A stretch of 64,000 nt of DNA, taken from positions 623,255 to 687,254 of the forward strand of contig NMRA01000184.1 of assembly GCA_002633005.1 (NCBI GenBank), written 5' to 3'. This DNA is from Phoronis australis. Its lineage: Eukaryota; Animalia; Phoronida. Of this stretch, positions 1-13,523 are shown in pieces. Each line of letters starts with the position of its first letter. The stretch's first letter is position 1. The position numbers were made by a program, and so were the translations under genes. The notes below the pieces were generated by a model. That model ran no database searches. It was not told the origin of the DNA and worked only from the letters and a program-made list of their open reading frames with translations.

Positions 1-467
1 AGCGAATTTCTTGCAGTAACTTTGACGAAACGAGGGAACATCACCAAGATTAAAAAATATGGTTTTTATTCTTTAGGGTGGGGCAGGGGATCTCTATAAA
101 TGCAGACATGAATGAGTTTTGGAACTTTTGGTTGTTATTTGGAGTTTGCTCTTTGGTCGACACCAACCTTTTCTTTTAGAAGTGTTATCTCTGAGTTGAC
201 CAGGGGTTAGGGACATACAAAGTGTTAGATCTATCAGATCTGTCTGGTGGAGGAGTGTAGTTGTGGTAGGGCTATCTCTATTGATGGACTTCTTATCGTT
301 TGTCATTAGCTGACTTCTCTGTGAAATTTAACTTCTTCCTTTTCAATCTTGCCTACAGCATAAAGGTTGTCTGCATTCGGCAAAATATCTTCAAAACTAC
401 TGATTGTAGCTCAGTAAAAGTATTCGTTTTCCGAAAGAAGAAAATCTGTAGAATTTGATTTTTGCCA

Positions 468-860
468 TTAAAGGGACATACCGGCGAGAAAAATTACTCT
501 GAAATCAGCCTCAGCGTGGAGTCATACCTTGAGCCTCAGTACGCCACTGGTAGATCTAAATCCCACTCTACGAAAAGGCAGAGTATTTTAAGAAAATTAA
601 ACTTGTAAAATCACTTTTCTAGATTTTTTTACTAATGTTTGGCAGGCAACGACGGGTATTAGTGATTTGTAATAAACTCACAAAAACAACAGATTTTGTA
701 GATTTACTGCTCTGGTCAAAGCTAATAACTTCAAGAAGTCGATCTCATTCAGTAAAAATCCCATGAGTGTAGTCGGGTCACATGACCACGTCTTTTTAGT
801 AAAATTCAGCAGAAAAGAATGGTACATCCATAGCAAAACATGGCTATCAGTAATGGCTGA
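468..860. repeat. Dispersed repeat (TTAAAGG-starting, possibly Kolobok-type MITE family)
   Basis: gggtcacatgaccacgtcttttt...ggtacatccatagcaaaaca (about 775-840) recurs at about 20554-20620 and partly at about 23305-23350. Confidence 0.4.
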
Positions 861-1639
861 AATGTTGAACCGTCTCTATGACATCCTGTCTCCTAGGAAG
901 TGAATTCTGTACAATTTTCAGCTTGGTCGAATTTAATTTGATGTTATTAATGTTAGTGATAAAGTCTCAATAGTGCTGTTACAGTTTCTAAATAATTTCA
1001 TTTTATTTTATGTGACTTAGATAAAAAGCATTGAAGTCCTATTTTTTATTGTCCCTCTTGCAAAAGCGGAACATTTTAAAACAATTCTTACCAGCGTTGT
1101 GGAGATTTTTGTACAAAGCATATGTTTACATCTGAGAACATCATTTGAATCTGATCAACCATTTCTGTGATATGATTTTCCATAGTTAGCCAAATTTGGA
1201 CGGTTTGCAATGGCTTCTCATCACCTTAATCTGTTCAATCACTAATAGTAATATTGCATTCACAAACTGACTCAAACATTGTCATTTTCGCTGGCATTTT
1301 CGCTGGTAGCGAAGAGACAACGATCATAAGGATTACATTTGATGGCGCACTGTATGTGGTTCTCTGACAGTAATGTAATAAGACCACCTCAAATGCACAC
1401 AGGACACAGTTTCTGGAACTTGGATTTTATTCACCAATTTATTGTTGCAAGTTAGCATGCTTTAACATCACTCTTTGCTTTGAAGGCGTTTCGGATGTTG
1501 AAGAAATGTCTATCGAAAAACTACACCATTAGGTTGTCTGGCTAAAATGCTAGTCTTTTTGCTAATCTTGTGAACCTAGCCTTCTGTGATCTCATTCATC
1601 TTGTAAGCTAATACCAGGATGTATAATTATCTTACTGAT

Positions 1640-3500
1640 ATGCGGTCATATTTTATCCACATGTAACCAGATGCGATACTTTCCGTCAAAAAAAGCATGC
1701 CATCTTGTGATATCTGGCGTCAAGTGTAATACCAAGCAACCATTTACGCTTTTGAGAACGTCTGCTGCTTTCCTTACTTCTAAATTCTCCCTTTTTCGAA
1801 ATGTTTTAAGTGTTGGTTTCCACACATGTTTGTCAGTTCTTGGATGAGGAGGCAGTCTCACCACCTGGTGAATCTGTAAAAATTGTAACTTCAAGTAAAT
1901 ACCTCTAAATTTTTTTGGCCACTACCAATTTCTCAAATGTGGGCATCGGTCGGTTGTTAGTGTGAATATTATTATTGTTAACTCATTTCCAAATAATAAC
2001 ACTAATGATTTGTGAAGTCGAACATGGTTTTGGTCGATGTTGTTTTTCACTAAATGGTTAATACTTCCTGGCAATAAATAGTTTTGATGTTTACTAGATG
2101 TGTTTACAGGACAATTACTGGCAACACAATTGACAACTGTATAAAAGGATAAAAAGACATTTGCTTCAAACAGAGACTTGAAATCATTTTATATTTTGAT
2201 GTGATTTTTTAATATTTCCTTGTTGGAGGAGGATTGTGAAACATCCCTATAATTTAGCTTTTCCATCATTTCAGCTGTATTTAATCACTGTTAAAATATT
2301 TTTGTTTTTTTAAAGTCAACTAAGTGACCTCTATTTGAAGTAAAATTTGTGCCTTTTTGACATTATTTAGATGGATTTGGATTTTTCTGTCTGATTAAGC
2401 TCATTCAAGTTTTATAGCAACAGTCTTTCAAACAGAAATTCATGTCTCTATCTCCAACTCAGATTTGGCATGTTGTGGAAAGTATAACGCCATTTGTGAA
2501 GCCAGGTCAGTTTCTGGTTGAGTAACAGGCACTGCTTAATGCTGGTCATTAAGAGACAATCCTCAAATTTCCTGGAATGTTAGAGGTTGTCTTTCTGAGC
2601 ATTAATTATTGTAGTCTTAGTCATTGCTAAGCTATCTGTTCAGCTTCATGGGAAAGCCTGAACTGATCTGGACTTCTCATATCCAGCATTCTTGGACATT
2701 CCTGCTTTGGACACCCACCTAAAAGGGTTGTGTCTCATTTCAGCATCCAGGGGTTCATTTAGGTCCTTTATGGACACACTTTCATTTTTTGATGTTTTGA
2801 GCAGGATGATTCTGCTAATCAAGGACATATTTAGTTTACACTCCAGTGCATTCCTGGCAATAATACAGCCATGTGAAAACAAGGGAATCATCTCCATAAA
2901 AGGACTGGTATTACCGTGGTCACTACAACTCTTCTTGTCTTCTGCCAGTATTGATATCTCTGACAACGTGACAACTAAGCCCTAACCAAATATCCTTTCC
3001 TGATCATTTTAAAGTTGAATCGTTCTCTGGCTCGGATTCAATCGTATATGCCACAAAGCGGCCTTATCTGTTATCAGGCTGTATTTTTTCAACTATCTCG
3101 TTTTTCAGGTAGCAACTGTATTATGCTCCTTGGCTTGTATTTGTTGACTTGTGACTGGCGTGTCTAAGTCAAAATTATCAGTAGTTGCTTCTCACTTCAT
3201 GATAGTCGGCCAGTCTCTTGGTTACAGACGTCAATACACTTGTCAGTTCGAGGAAAGCTAGTTTCTAGTTTTATTGAGGCCTTCATTAACATTGACGTTT
3301 GGGATTTATACAGCCTTGTATTGTGTAACAACGCCATTAGTACAAGATGACATTGTAAGTGGTCGCTTGTTAAATATTTAAATGGTTTTAAGTTTTTTTA
3401 AGCAGCTAGTCATGTTTTGTTTGCTCAACGAAGCAATCAATTTCCGTGGCATCTGTTGAAACGAGATGAGTTGCTGTAAAGCTGCTATAGTCCTGATGTA
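1640..3500 (-). mobile_element. Highly degenerate non-LTR retrotransposon remnants
   Basis: The - strand gives LINE ORF1-like fragments (IHQVVRL...PTLKTF...VRKAADVLK...LHLTPDIT at 1646-1894; NVNVNEGLNKTR near 3270-3300). Many stops and frameshifts. Confidence 0.3.
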
Positions 3501-3919
3501 TTGGTTCGTTGATGCATTTAATTTACGCGAGATGTGTAGCTGTATGTTTGTTCATATTAGTAGTTGGTCTCCAACCATTTCAGACTGGTTTACTGGACAA
3601 TTTCTAATTTTAGTCTCACCAGGAGCAACACTTGCAAATGATATGCATTTGATATTGGACTTAAAGATTTGCCAGTGTCGGATTTCGCGCTGAACAAACT
3701 TGTCAGCTCAGGAGTCGTTGTTTGCTACCTGTACGTGAGGTCTCCTAGCCAGTGGTAATCCCGTCTGACCTTGGCTGACTGGAAAAGAAGCTGGCGTGCA
3801 GAAATAAATTTCTGACGCGGTGTCAGCACTGACACATCGGATACTTACAGCCATTGCGTTAAGACCTAAACCTGATGTTGGGTTTTACTTTGGTGTATGT
3901 GTGACTCATTTATCTTAGA

Positions 3920-3972
3920 ATGGGTGATTTGCTACAGAAGAAGTGGCGCAAATTCTTTGGGAGTCGTCAGAG
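3920..3972 (+). CDS. Candidate first coding exon of SH2 adaptor gene (MGDLLQKKWRKFFGSRQR)
   Basis: Acceptor ttatcttAG just before the ATG at 3920 and strong donor AG|gtaagc at 3973. The phase-2 end matches the exon at 10925; the four exons sum to 519 nt (172 aa + stop). Confidence 0.55.
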
Positions 3973-6900
3973 GTAAGCAGTCTGACTGGCTCCTTACCTA
4001 TGGGAGATTTATACTACTCCGATGTTTGATTGGTTAACTCCAAAAAGGATATTCATTGTGCTCAATTATGTTATAATTAGTTCAGCTGCCAATGGCCGTC
4101 CATTTATTCAACATTTAGCGGTAGTATGGAAAGACACGTTCATACTTAGGTTGAGATGTCAATGCTTGAAAAGTTCCAAGAGCTAAGTGTGTACTTTAAC
4201 TATGAAATTCATTGGATTATTTTGTCATAGGCATTTTCCCTTGCTCATCGAGAGTTTTGAGTGTGCCCTGCTCCTGTGTGCATCTGCCAGTCTGTTAAAT
4301 TGGCCAAATCGAGGCAATTGTCTGCCATGTAAGAACCAATTTGTAATTTGCTATTCTCATCTCTTGCTGTGCCAGTGAGTCATTTTGGAATAGTTTTACA
4401 GTATTATATCATCGCTGCCCAATCTGAAACGTGTAATAACATCAGATTTTCATATCAACATTGTTCATTGTGATCTAGCGATTGCCGGAGATTGTTGCAG
4501 TCGAGTGTCAACACTGTAGTTAGTTCCATGAATGAACTCGTTACATTCTTAGGAACCCAACTATTTTAGATAGCATGCATGACTCTCCAAATGCAATGGC
4601 TGACAAATAGCCATGAATTTTCGACATTAGTCGTCCATTGTTGATCTTTGTTTAGAAAACCAATATCAGTTCGCATGCCTTGCCGTTTACATCAAGGGGG
4701 AGATGTATTGTTCTAGGTAGCCACAGGGGGTATGACTAAACAGGACATTGTTTTCATGATTGATAATCGCATAGAGTGCTTTGTTAATCAACATTTTGGT
4801 CTTCATTCATGGCTTAGTCGCTCTGACCACCCTGCCATGGAGTTCATAACCTTCTGCACACTCTATGGGGTCAAAGCACTGAGAGTGCACACAGACATGC
4901 ATCCTGGTGACTATTTGTACCTGAAATTCAACCGCAGGTTTGTACACAACTTATTGTCATGGTAACAAAGGATTCTTAAGCACAAACGTCTACTTGTTGT
5001 CCTAGATGCTGGACTGCAGTCAACAAGTCTGGAAATTTTACCTCAAAAAATGTGTTTGTTTGTGTATGTGTGTGTGTTCAGGTAGATTCATGCTGTTATG
5101 TATTTTTCATGTCCTCGGTTACAAAACTTGTTTTGTTAAGATTGAGTCTATGATCGCTGTGGATACGGTACTTCCAGAGGCTAACTAAAAACTATGGAGT
5201 ACTTGTATACTGCTCCATTCCTCTGGGTGTTATGTGGAGACAGGGTTCTGAATTCCAAGGATGAGCTTATGAAATATTTATCGATTGTAATTACTTAATT
5301 ATGTGGCTGGCAATGTTTGCCAGGCTCAGGGTCATCTAAGTTCCCTTTTGATAGATAATCCTGTAGGTGGAGCTATTTCTGCCCACCCATGAGAGGCGAG
5401 AATGGTATTCGTTGGTTGATCTTGTGTGCTTGGCTCATAACTGTTACCAAATTTGCGTGGAATTACCGCATTAATTTTATTTTTAAAGCGGTATTTTTGT
5501 CATTGCTCAGACCAATTGATTGGTGTCATCGTGTTCTTTACACAGACGTGATTGTGAGTTGCCAAAGAACTGTCAGTAATTCTTATAACCATTCATGAGG
5601 CTTACCTCAGCTGTGACAAGCCAACTTGTAGAGTTTGATCTTAAGCAATAATGACTTGTCACTTCTTTCAAATCTTTGAAATCGTCTCCAATTTGACTTG
5701 GGAACACTTTGAGACCAATTTCACAATAGTAATTGGTCTTAATCGGAACCGTTGGTTTTTTTGATGGAAGACGGATATATAGACCTTTTAATATAAGGCA
5801 TAATTACCCACTGGTTTTTTGTCTCTAAACGAGGCACAAGCAGGACGAAAAAATGTTTTTGAATAATAAAAACTCAAACAACTTCATGATAAGTATAATG
5901 AAAAGTACGGTAACTTGGTTGTAACAGTCCTCGTTCACGAGGCCTGTAGTCATAGGGTATGTTGTGGCTTCAATTGGCACAAATTCCCACATGGTGGGTA
6001 TTAGACAAATTACGAAATACACAAACATTCTGATGTGAATAATGCGAATGGTTTCAGAGTTTGCCTGGTGTTCTGGAAGTTAGATGCACTTCTGTCGTCC
6101 ATACCTGGGAATGGAAAACATTAGGAGGCCTAATCTGGCCAGTTATGACTTCAGATACTGGCATGCGCTTTGGATCACAGTTTTTGCATTACTTTGCCAA
6201 TGGTTGCCTTTGTCTTGTATTCTACTGAGTATTAATAGGTTTAACCCCTGTGGGTGTTGTTTGCACATGCTTGTGTTTCTGTAATGTTTATAAACAATTA
6301 AGTGTTATTGCATGTATTGACCTTCATTACCAGATGCATTTCCTGGAAGTTTCCTACAATGGCTTAGTGTTTGTGTTATCCTCTGCTAAGCCTGTCCCAA
6401 TATTTGTAAACATTCCAGCAGGGTTATTGGCTTTCCTCTATGGCTTCAGTCAATGGCTGGCATCACTACATTGTGTACCCAGGCAGATTAGACCCCAAAT
6501 TAGTTTCATCCACAACCCATTAGCCACAATAGTACAGCATGTTATCTCCACATCCAAATTGTTGTTTGTGTAAACAGGAGACAGGAACCCAACAGGCCTG
6601 ATCTCAATCCAAGTTCCTGCTATTCCCACTGGATGGGATGGCATTTGGCTTGTTGTTTATCTAGCCTGGATGATGACTGGCTTCACATACCTGACTTATT
6701 GTCAGCTAGACTAATCACCCCCAAGTAGCCCCTACCCTGCTGTGAAAAGATTCACCTAGACCCACTTAAGCATTCCTCTTGCCATTGTGTCCATTGATGG
6801 TCACTGATGCAGGCTACAGTAGAGCTCCTACCAAAGGCTTCATCCAGAGGTGTAATAGTACCCTGGGTGATGGGTTCTTGCCTCCTCTGTATAATTATAC

Positions 6901-7151
6901 GCTTCTAGAGTTACATTCTCTCGTTTTTTGTCTCCATAGAATAGAAGTAGGCCAGTTGTAGCCCCTTGTTCTGTGGATTATATGCATAGCATTCTCATGT
7001 CAGTGGTCTCCAATCCGTCGTATTTCAAGCTATTTCTTATCACACATAATTTGCATTGACGTTTTTGTTCGAATTTGCAGTGAAATCAAACGATTTGTTT
7101 AGTATGCTCTATGTTCGTCATATCTATTCATGCGATTCCATAGCAGAACCT

Positions 7152-7344
7152 CATAATTAATTAAAAATATAACAACTCGTTTGTTAATGAAACTGTAAAT
7201 ACTTAATTCTTGATTTTGTCTGAGTACGTCTATTCTTATGTTTACTGCATAATTAATTAAAAATATAACAACTCGTTTGTTAATGAAACTGTAGATACTT
7301 AATTCTTGATTTTGTCCGAGTACGTCTATTCTTATGTTTACTGC
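7152..7344. repeat. 96-bp tandem duplication (2 copies)
   Basis: cataattaattaaaaatataacaactcg...tgtttactg repeated at 7152 and 7248 with few substitutions. Confidence 0.9.
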
Positions 7345-10300
7345 TTATTTAGCACATACAATTTGCACATAGAGGGCTCTGTAATAGATTGATTGAAAAC
7401 CATCCCTGAAACCAGAAGAAAGTTTTGATGTGTCCTGCCTGGCTTACCCTGCTTGCCTTTGATCTGTTAATTAAAACTGTGTGTATGCTTTCACTGGCTA
7501 GAAGGAGTCTACACAGGCTAGAGAGAATCTACACAGGCTAGAGAGAATCGCTTGCTCAGCTTAGTTAGCTGATGAAGTGTGTTAATTAGATGCAAATGTT
7601 CTGGGCTCTTGTTTACCCTGTGATTCATTGGTCCAGTTATCTTGTCCTGGTTTATTTTCTATAAACATTCTTGTAACTCATCTTCCATGTCTTGTTTGTT
7701 ATTGTATCAGAACAAACAATACCAACTGGAATTGCTTCAGTTGTTGAAAAAACAGGTCTCGACATCACCAACATTCCGCGAATGTTTTTGACAAAGGCAT
7801 CTGGCTTCCACATCTCAGCTGCATTATCACACTTTAATATTAGTATAAATCACCACGCATCAGTTTCTCCCTCTTTTTCCTGCAGGGCTTGTGATGATTA
7901 CGCATGGCCCAGTCCAGGTAGCCATACTTCTTTCATCTGCGCGCGGAACCGTTTGGTCAATAGAGTGTGAAACTGTGTGACACGATAGCTGAGCTTTCTG
8001 TAGTAAGTTGTCAGAAAGTACAGAAAGCAAGTTTAATGGGAAGTGTTCTTATTTTGTCGCTATTCCCAAAGACCTTTCAATGGCTCGGATGTTTCAGTTA
8101 TACTGCTGGTCACTAAGGACCGGGTGGTACTGTTATTTTGGTTAATATGATCTTGAGCCAGGAACAACGTTACAGCGCATTTAAAAAAATTGGTTGTCTA
8201 GTTGCTGTCTTGTTACAACACATTTACAAAAATTGGTTGTCTAGTTGCTGTAAAAGTTTGTCCGGTTAGTGATCAACTATTCTTGTGTCAACCAGTTGCA
8301 CGACATGTTTCCCGATAAGTTATTTATCAGTTTTGGACTTCACGAGATTACGTGAGATATTGCCGTGTATTCATAAAAGAGAACACACGACTTCAACTAG
8401 ATTTTAGCTAGGTCCTAGTGTAGGTCCTTGCGTTACTGAACACACACCAGCCCTTCCTGTGAGAGAGGCTCTCCAGGGCTTTGAGTACCTCCTCTCTGGT
8501 ATGTCAAGAAAACACTCACATTATGCTCTCCTTACTAGTTCTTTTCACTGACCTGTGTAACATATTCTGGCTCACTGGTAGTATTGTGCCTCTCTTGTAG
8601 GGTCAGGCTCTCATTCAGCCCTGTTGTATGATGGTATTGTTCATTATGATGTGGATTCCTATTCAGTGCTCTGTTGTCAACCACTGTCTCTGCCTGTCAG
8701 TGCAGTATTAACATGTGACTAGTGTAAGAGTTAGGCAAGGGTAGGCTTTGAAATCTTTTGTCACCAGTACTGCTTTGCTTGGTTTACATATGTTAAGACT
8801 TGTTTGAGGGTGGGTTTTGAAGTCTTGACTGACGGTATCTTTCTTATTTTTGAGTGTTCATTACCACGCAATAGCTTGAAGTAGAGTACATTAAAATCTC
8901 ACCAATTTGGGACCCAAATGGCGGACAAGTGAAATTTTATTTTATCATTTTTTCCACGATAGATATGTTGATCCAAATTGATGCTTTTCCATGTGCAAGT
9001 TCTATACATCCATTACCATCAGGTGACTTCACAACAATCTTAGAAGTAATTAAAAATGATAATGTGGCAAATTTGGCAATTATTTTTTGTCTGGAATTTG
9101 AAAGATTTTACCGCAGACCCCTTTTCCCGATGATTTCTGTCGCGGTTCTTTTCCGGAATATTCTGTACATTTTATTAGTTTTCAAGCTTACTGACTTCAT
9201 GATTTTCTCCAATTCATGTTCTATTTGTTTAGTCTAGAATTTAGTTATGTTTGTAATCCTTGGAAACTTAATGCATGGCAAATGGACACTCAGTCATTAT
9301 TTGCTCTGCACACCACACTATTTGTCTGGTAACAAGCAGGTGAAAAGGCTTGGGTATAAAAGTATTGAGTTACCGAACTGTTTTAAATTTGAAAGTCTTG
9401 AGGAGCCTGGTCTCAAATTGATAAAACGCTTAACAGTTTCATAATGCTCGCGGCAATACGGGCGTAGAGCTCTCATTACCTGCATTTCTTTCATTCTTAC
9501 CTGCATGTTACCATAGTAACGGATAACTGTTGTGAGTCAATACCTGCATTGTTGCCAAACCTGCCGTCTCTGTGTCTCCACGGTGTCCATTCTGCAGACT
9601 GGTCGGTATTTCTATTAGTGCTAGGAATGTAATCAGGGGTTGTTAATTGTCTACACGATTAGTTAATTACTGTTCAGTCATTGTCTGTATTGACCGAGAA
9701 ATAAGTGGGCTTGAGTGTCCAATTGAGCTACACCAACCAATTTACCTCGTGACAAAAAACGCTCTGCAGATCAATTAATTGCCATCATTGGTTCAATCTT
9801 AGCCTGAGTTGAGCAGAATAGATCATATTCGTGGCCTTGGGGAGTGTGCTACATGGTGACAGCCAGTTGAGGCCAGTTCTGTTCTGTGAGTGCACCCAAC
9901 TGGAATTCATTGAGTTATGTGAGTAGGTGCTTGGGAATCGCTGAATGTCGTGGTGTTGCCAATAGCATTAAGTGGTTTTAATTTGAAAACATTTTTTGCT
10001 GGAAGTCTCCTACGTGGGAAAATTAACTAGTGTTGAAGTACTGTAAACAGAGAACGGGGTACGGTGTCGCAACTGTGAAGGTCTTTTTAGTGTGCCCCAA
10101 GGCATTATGGGTAACCAATTAGACTCTAGCACAATTGGTGTTGTGACCTGTTGAAATATGACACCATTTTTTTCTACGCTGCTTGAAAAAACGATTTTAT
10201 CATTGAAGGGTTGCTTTTCATTTGTGTTGTCAGTGTTAAGTTGCACCAGTCATGCTGGCAAGCTGGCGTTGTGTTTCTTGTTGGTCGGGGGAACGCCACG

Positions 10301-10620
10301 TCGGGGCCTTGGAAAGGTAGACGATAAATATATTTCTGCAGGTGGATGCATTTCAACTGTCTCGTCTCACATTCCTTGACCAGATACCTGGAGTTGTTGT
10401 CATGTTTTCTGTTGGCATTGTTAGTGCCGTAGGAGTGGCCGATTGTCAGCGAAGCATTTTTGTGGCATGTTTTGAAAACACTGTTATTTAGCTAAGCTTG
10501 TTATTATGCATTTCTAATATTAACCAAGGAGTCATTGTGGGCACGGCACACGTGAGGCTCAATAACTAGTGACTTGATAAGTTTTTGCTGCGCTGTAGTC
10601 ATATTCTGTTTTGCAATCTT

Positions 10621-10686
10621 CATTGTTGTTGTCACTGTCATCATCACCATCGTCGTCATCATCACCATCGTCGTCATCAATGTTGT
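10621..10686. repeat. Degenerate trinucleotide (CAT/CGT/TGT) microsatellite
   Basis: cattgttgttgtcactgtcatcatcaccatcgtcgtcatcatcaccatcgtcgtcatc. Confidence 0.75.
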
Positions 10687-10924
10687 CAAAATAGTGAACA
10701 TTCCAAAAATGAGCAACCAAAAAGGTAAATGTGTTGAAAATTTTCCCTGTTCGGTGAAGTGCCTCTCGCATATGCTGTGCGCACTTATAAAACAGGAAGG
10801 CGACACAGACCTGCAGGAAATTGCATCCAGTGTATTCTGTATCATTTTGCTATCAGATGATGTTTTATGATTTATGTAATTCAAATGTCAATAACTCTTG
10901 AACACTGCGTTTCTATGGTTATAG

Positions 10925-11023
10925 GTATGATTCACTCCATAGACTGCAGCAACAACAGAGGTCAGTACACGATGACCAGGGTCACCTGAAACAGGCTCCA
11001 TGGTACCAGCCAGGTATACCCAG
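10925..11023 (+). CDS. SH2 adaptor (EGFRAP/PVRAP-like) internal exon, start of SH2 domain
   Basis: ttatAG|...|GTgagt; encodes YDSLHRLQQQQRSVHDDQGHLKQAPWYQPGIPR. The WYQPGIPR segment is the SH2 betaA/alphaA start and continues in phase into the next exon. Confidence 0.85.
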
Positions 11024-11134
11024 GTGAGTAGTCAATACAGGTGGTGAAAAACTGTCAGGACAAAGCAGTTGCATTTTTCAAAGTTTCGTCATATTGCTAC
11101 AAATACTAAAAAAGTTACCTTAGAATGTTGTTTT

Positions 11135-11641
11135 CAGGGCTTGGAATTTTCCGCGGAAACGCGGATTTCCGCTTTTTTCAAATGTGCTTTCCGCTTTTTT
11201 ATAATATTTCCGCGTAAAAAAAAATCGGATTTGATATAAAATTTCCGCGGCAAATTCCTTTCTTACCACGGCGTTGCAGACGACGTTCACCTCGAAAAGC
11301 GGAAGTTGCTCTTTTTGTTTCGGAGGAACGTAAATTGTCAACATTGCCGGGGCATCTGGGACAGCGTGGTGGGATTTTCAGTGGCGTCTAGTGTTATTGT
11401 TAAGCGCGGCGACAAATACTACCGCTCTGCAGCCAAAAATGTGTGGGTTGGGAGTGGACGGGCGAGCTAAAAGGATGCAGACGCATGCTACTGATGGTGG
11501 TAACGTTTTTTTTTTTTTAGTCCCGATTTTTGTCGGGGAAAGGTTCACATTGACCATTTCAAGGCTGGTTATCGGGCATGATTTGGGCCATAAAAGTTTC
11601 AAAGTTTCCGCGTTTTTTGTCATTGGTCATTCCAAGCCCTG
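11135..11641. mobile_element. hAT-like MITE
   Basis: Perfect TIR CAGGGCTTGGAA...TTCCAAGCCCTG, subterminal TTTCCGC(G) repeats, flanked by the direct repeat TGTTTT. Confidence 0.75.
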
Positions 11642-12137
11642 TGTTTTGTGTCTGCTGAGCTGCACAAGGCATTCTAAGGCTGTACTAACAGAGTAAAAAA
11701 TTCTGAAAAGTTACTTTTGTCAAGAATATTGAAGATGAATTTGCATCGTCTACTGCATTGTATCCTAAACTGATAAATGTTTACATTATAACACTTAGGT
11801 AGTAACAATGGGACAATGCTGTTATTATTTCGGAAGGAAATCGCTAAAAGGTGATTTTTCAAGGACAGTCTACTTTTCTAGAAAGAATCGAATTATTTTA
11901 CACTGTTGTAAATCATGCCATCAAATTTTCTTTTGGCTGACAAATTTGACAATAGGAAATACCACAGTTCTGCCATGGTATTCTAAAGAGATGAAAAGGT
12001 GTGCTACCATACTTTAATCAAAAGGAGACTAGAAGCAGAAAACAGTGAGAGGCGGGTGTTACCTGCGGAACTAAAATTCAGCTGTGTGCGTCCCAGTTCT
12101 TTGACTTCGTTATTAAGTTTGTTCGCTTTGGTTGCAG

Positions 12138-12309
12138 AGAAATTGCCCTGGAAATTTTAAACAAAGAAGAAGTTGGCTCTTTCATCGTTCGTGACAGTAC
12201 CACACACTTGGGTTGTTTCGCATTATCCGTGAGGGTGCCCAAATTTGACAACCCATCCGGAATAGCACACTACCTAATAGTACGGACCAAACGAGGAGTT
12301 CGCCTGAAA
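12138..12309 (+). CDS. SH2 adaptor (EGFRAP/PVRAP-like, tensin-type SH2) core exon
   Basis: ttgcAG|...|GTaaga; EIALEILNKEEVGSFIVRDSTTHLGCFALSVRVPKFDNPSGIAHYLIVRTKRGVRLK, containing the SH2 FLVR-type motif (FIVRDS) and HYLI. Confidence 0.92.
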
Positions 12310-13328
12310 GTAAGATTACATGTGGGGAATGTTGTGACTCATCCATCGTGTAGGATTATTTGACCCTATTTTGAATAAAAATGGGCTTGAAATATTCGGT
12401 CTATTATTTAAGCTTTTTGTCAACAAAATTTGTCATTCCAGTTGGCACCTAAAGAACCTCCTTTCGCATTTTTCTAGAAATGTTTTCTCGACCATGTTTT
12501 TGGAAACTGACCAATTTCAAATGAAACAAATTGCCTAATTTCCCACTTTTCATAGGATTCTAGTATTGTTGGCGGTGTTGTCTCGTGGTAGCTATGATGT
12601 AGAACCTCAACACTTTACAGTATTAACTTGGTGCCCCCAATCTTATGTGAGGAAATTAGAATATAAAGTTTCACTTTAACATCATATGATGTCCTGAATA
12701 GTGGAGATTTTACCATTTAGACCAAAGTTATTTCGTAAGTTTTTCGAAAACTGTGCTACTCATGGCAGATTTCCTGTTCCCCAGTTGACAGTTTCTCAAA
12801 ACTGTCATTGTCTTGCTCAGCCTTCTTCTGGCAAAGCGTTTGTTGAACGTTCGCCAACCCCAATAGTCTAAAGCATTTTCTTGAGTCTTTGATGGTTTCG
12901 ATGTTCTTGTTGGTAACGAAAATGGAATCCTGTCACCTTTTGGAATATTATGAGATTGAATTTGTGGGAGTAAAAGACCTCATTTGATTTTCTTTTTTAG
13001 CCAGGTGAACGGGGCAAAATACTGGTTGATGAATATAGTTCAATTGACAATGCACCATTGCTATAAGTGTATGAGTAGCGCCATCTTTTGAAAATGAACA
13101 TTTAGTTCCCTCCATTGAAGGTTTGAGAAATGCTTGGTCAGTCTGTTTTAATTGTTTTCAAAGTTGGAGGAATGTAGTGTGAGAAAAATATTACAAGTGA
13201 GGCTGTGCTTATAGGAGGAACAATTTAGGTGACTTGTCTTGTCAATGAAAAAAGGCAAACACTTAGTCGTCATTGTTGTATGTACTCGATAGACAGTATT
13301 TGATTCGTTTCATTCTTTTTCCCTCCAG

Positions 13329-13523
13329 GGTCTTGACAAAGAGTGGAGTAGTCTAAATGCACTTGTGGTTCATCATTCGGTAATGCCAGAGATGTTGCCG
13401 TGCACGCTACGGCTTCCTAGGAACTCTAACAATCCGTCCTTTCACGAAAAAGACAATGACCAAGATGAAACCGATCCAGATTATCACCGACTCACGGACT
13501 TCAACTCGCTAAAGTTGACGTGA
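13329..13523 (+). CDS. SH2 adaptor last coding exon
   Basis: ctccAG| GLDKEWSSLNALVVHHSVMPEMLPCTLRLP...DPDYHRLTDFNSLKLT*. HHSVMPExLP is typical of EGFRAP-like SH2 ends; phase 0 matches the previous exon. Confidence 0.9.
   Translation, partial: GLDKEWSSLNALVVHHSVMPEMLPCTLRLPRNSNNPSFHEKDNDQDETDPDYHRLTDFNSLKLT

Noticed and set aside
2646-2985. Overlapping 97-106 aa ORFs on both strands
   Set aside because: No domain motif or splice support; they fall within a decayed retroelement-like region.
10504-10884. ORFs with poly-D, poly-T/M or poly-V/I tracts
   Set aside because: Products of a trinucleotide microsatellite in an intron of the SH2 gene.
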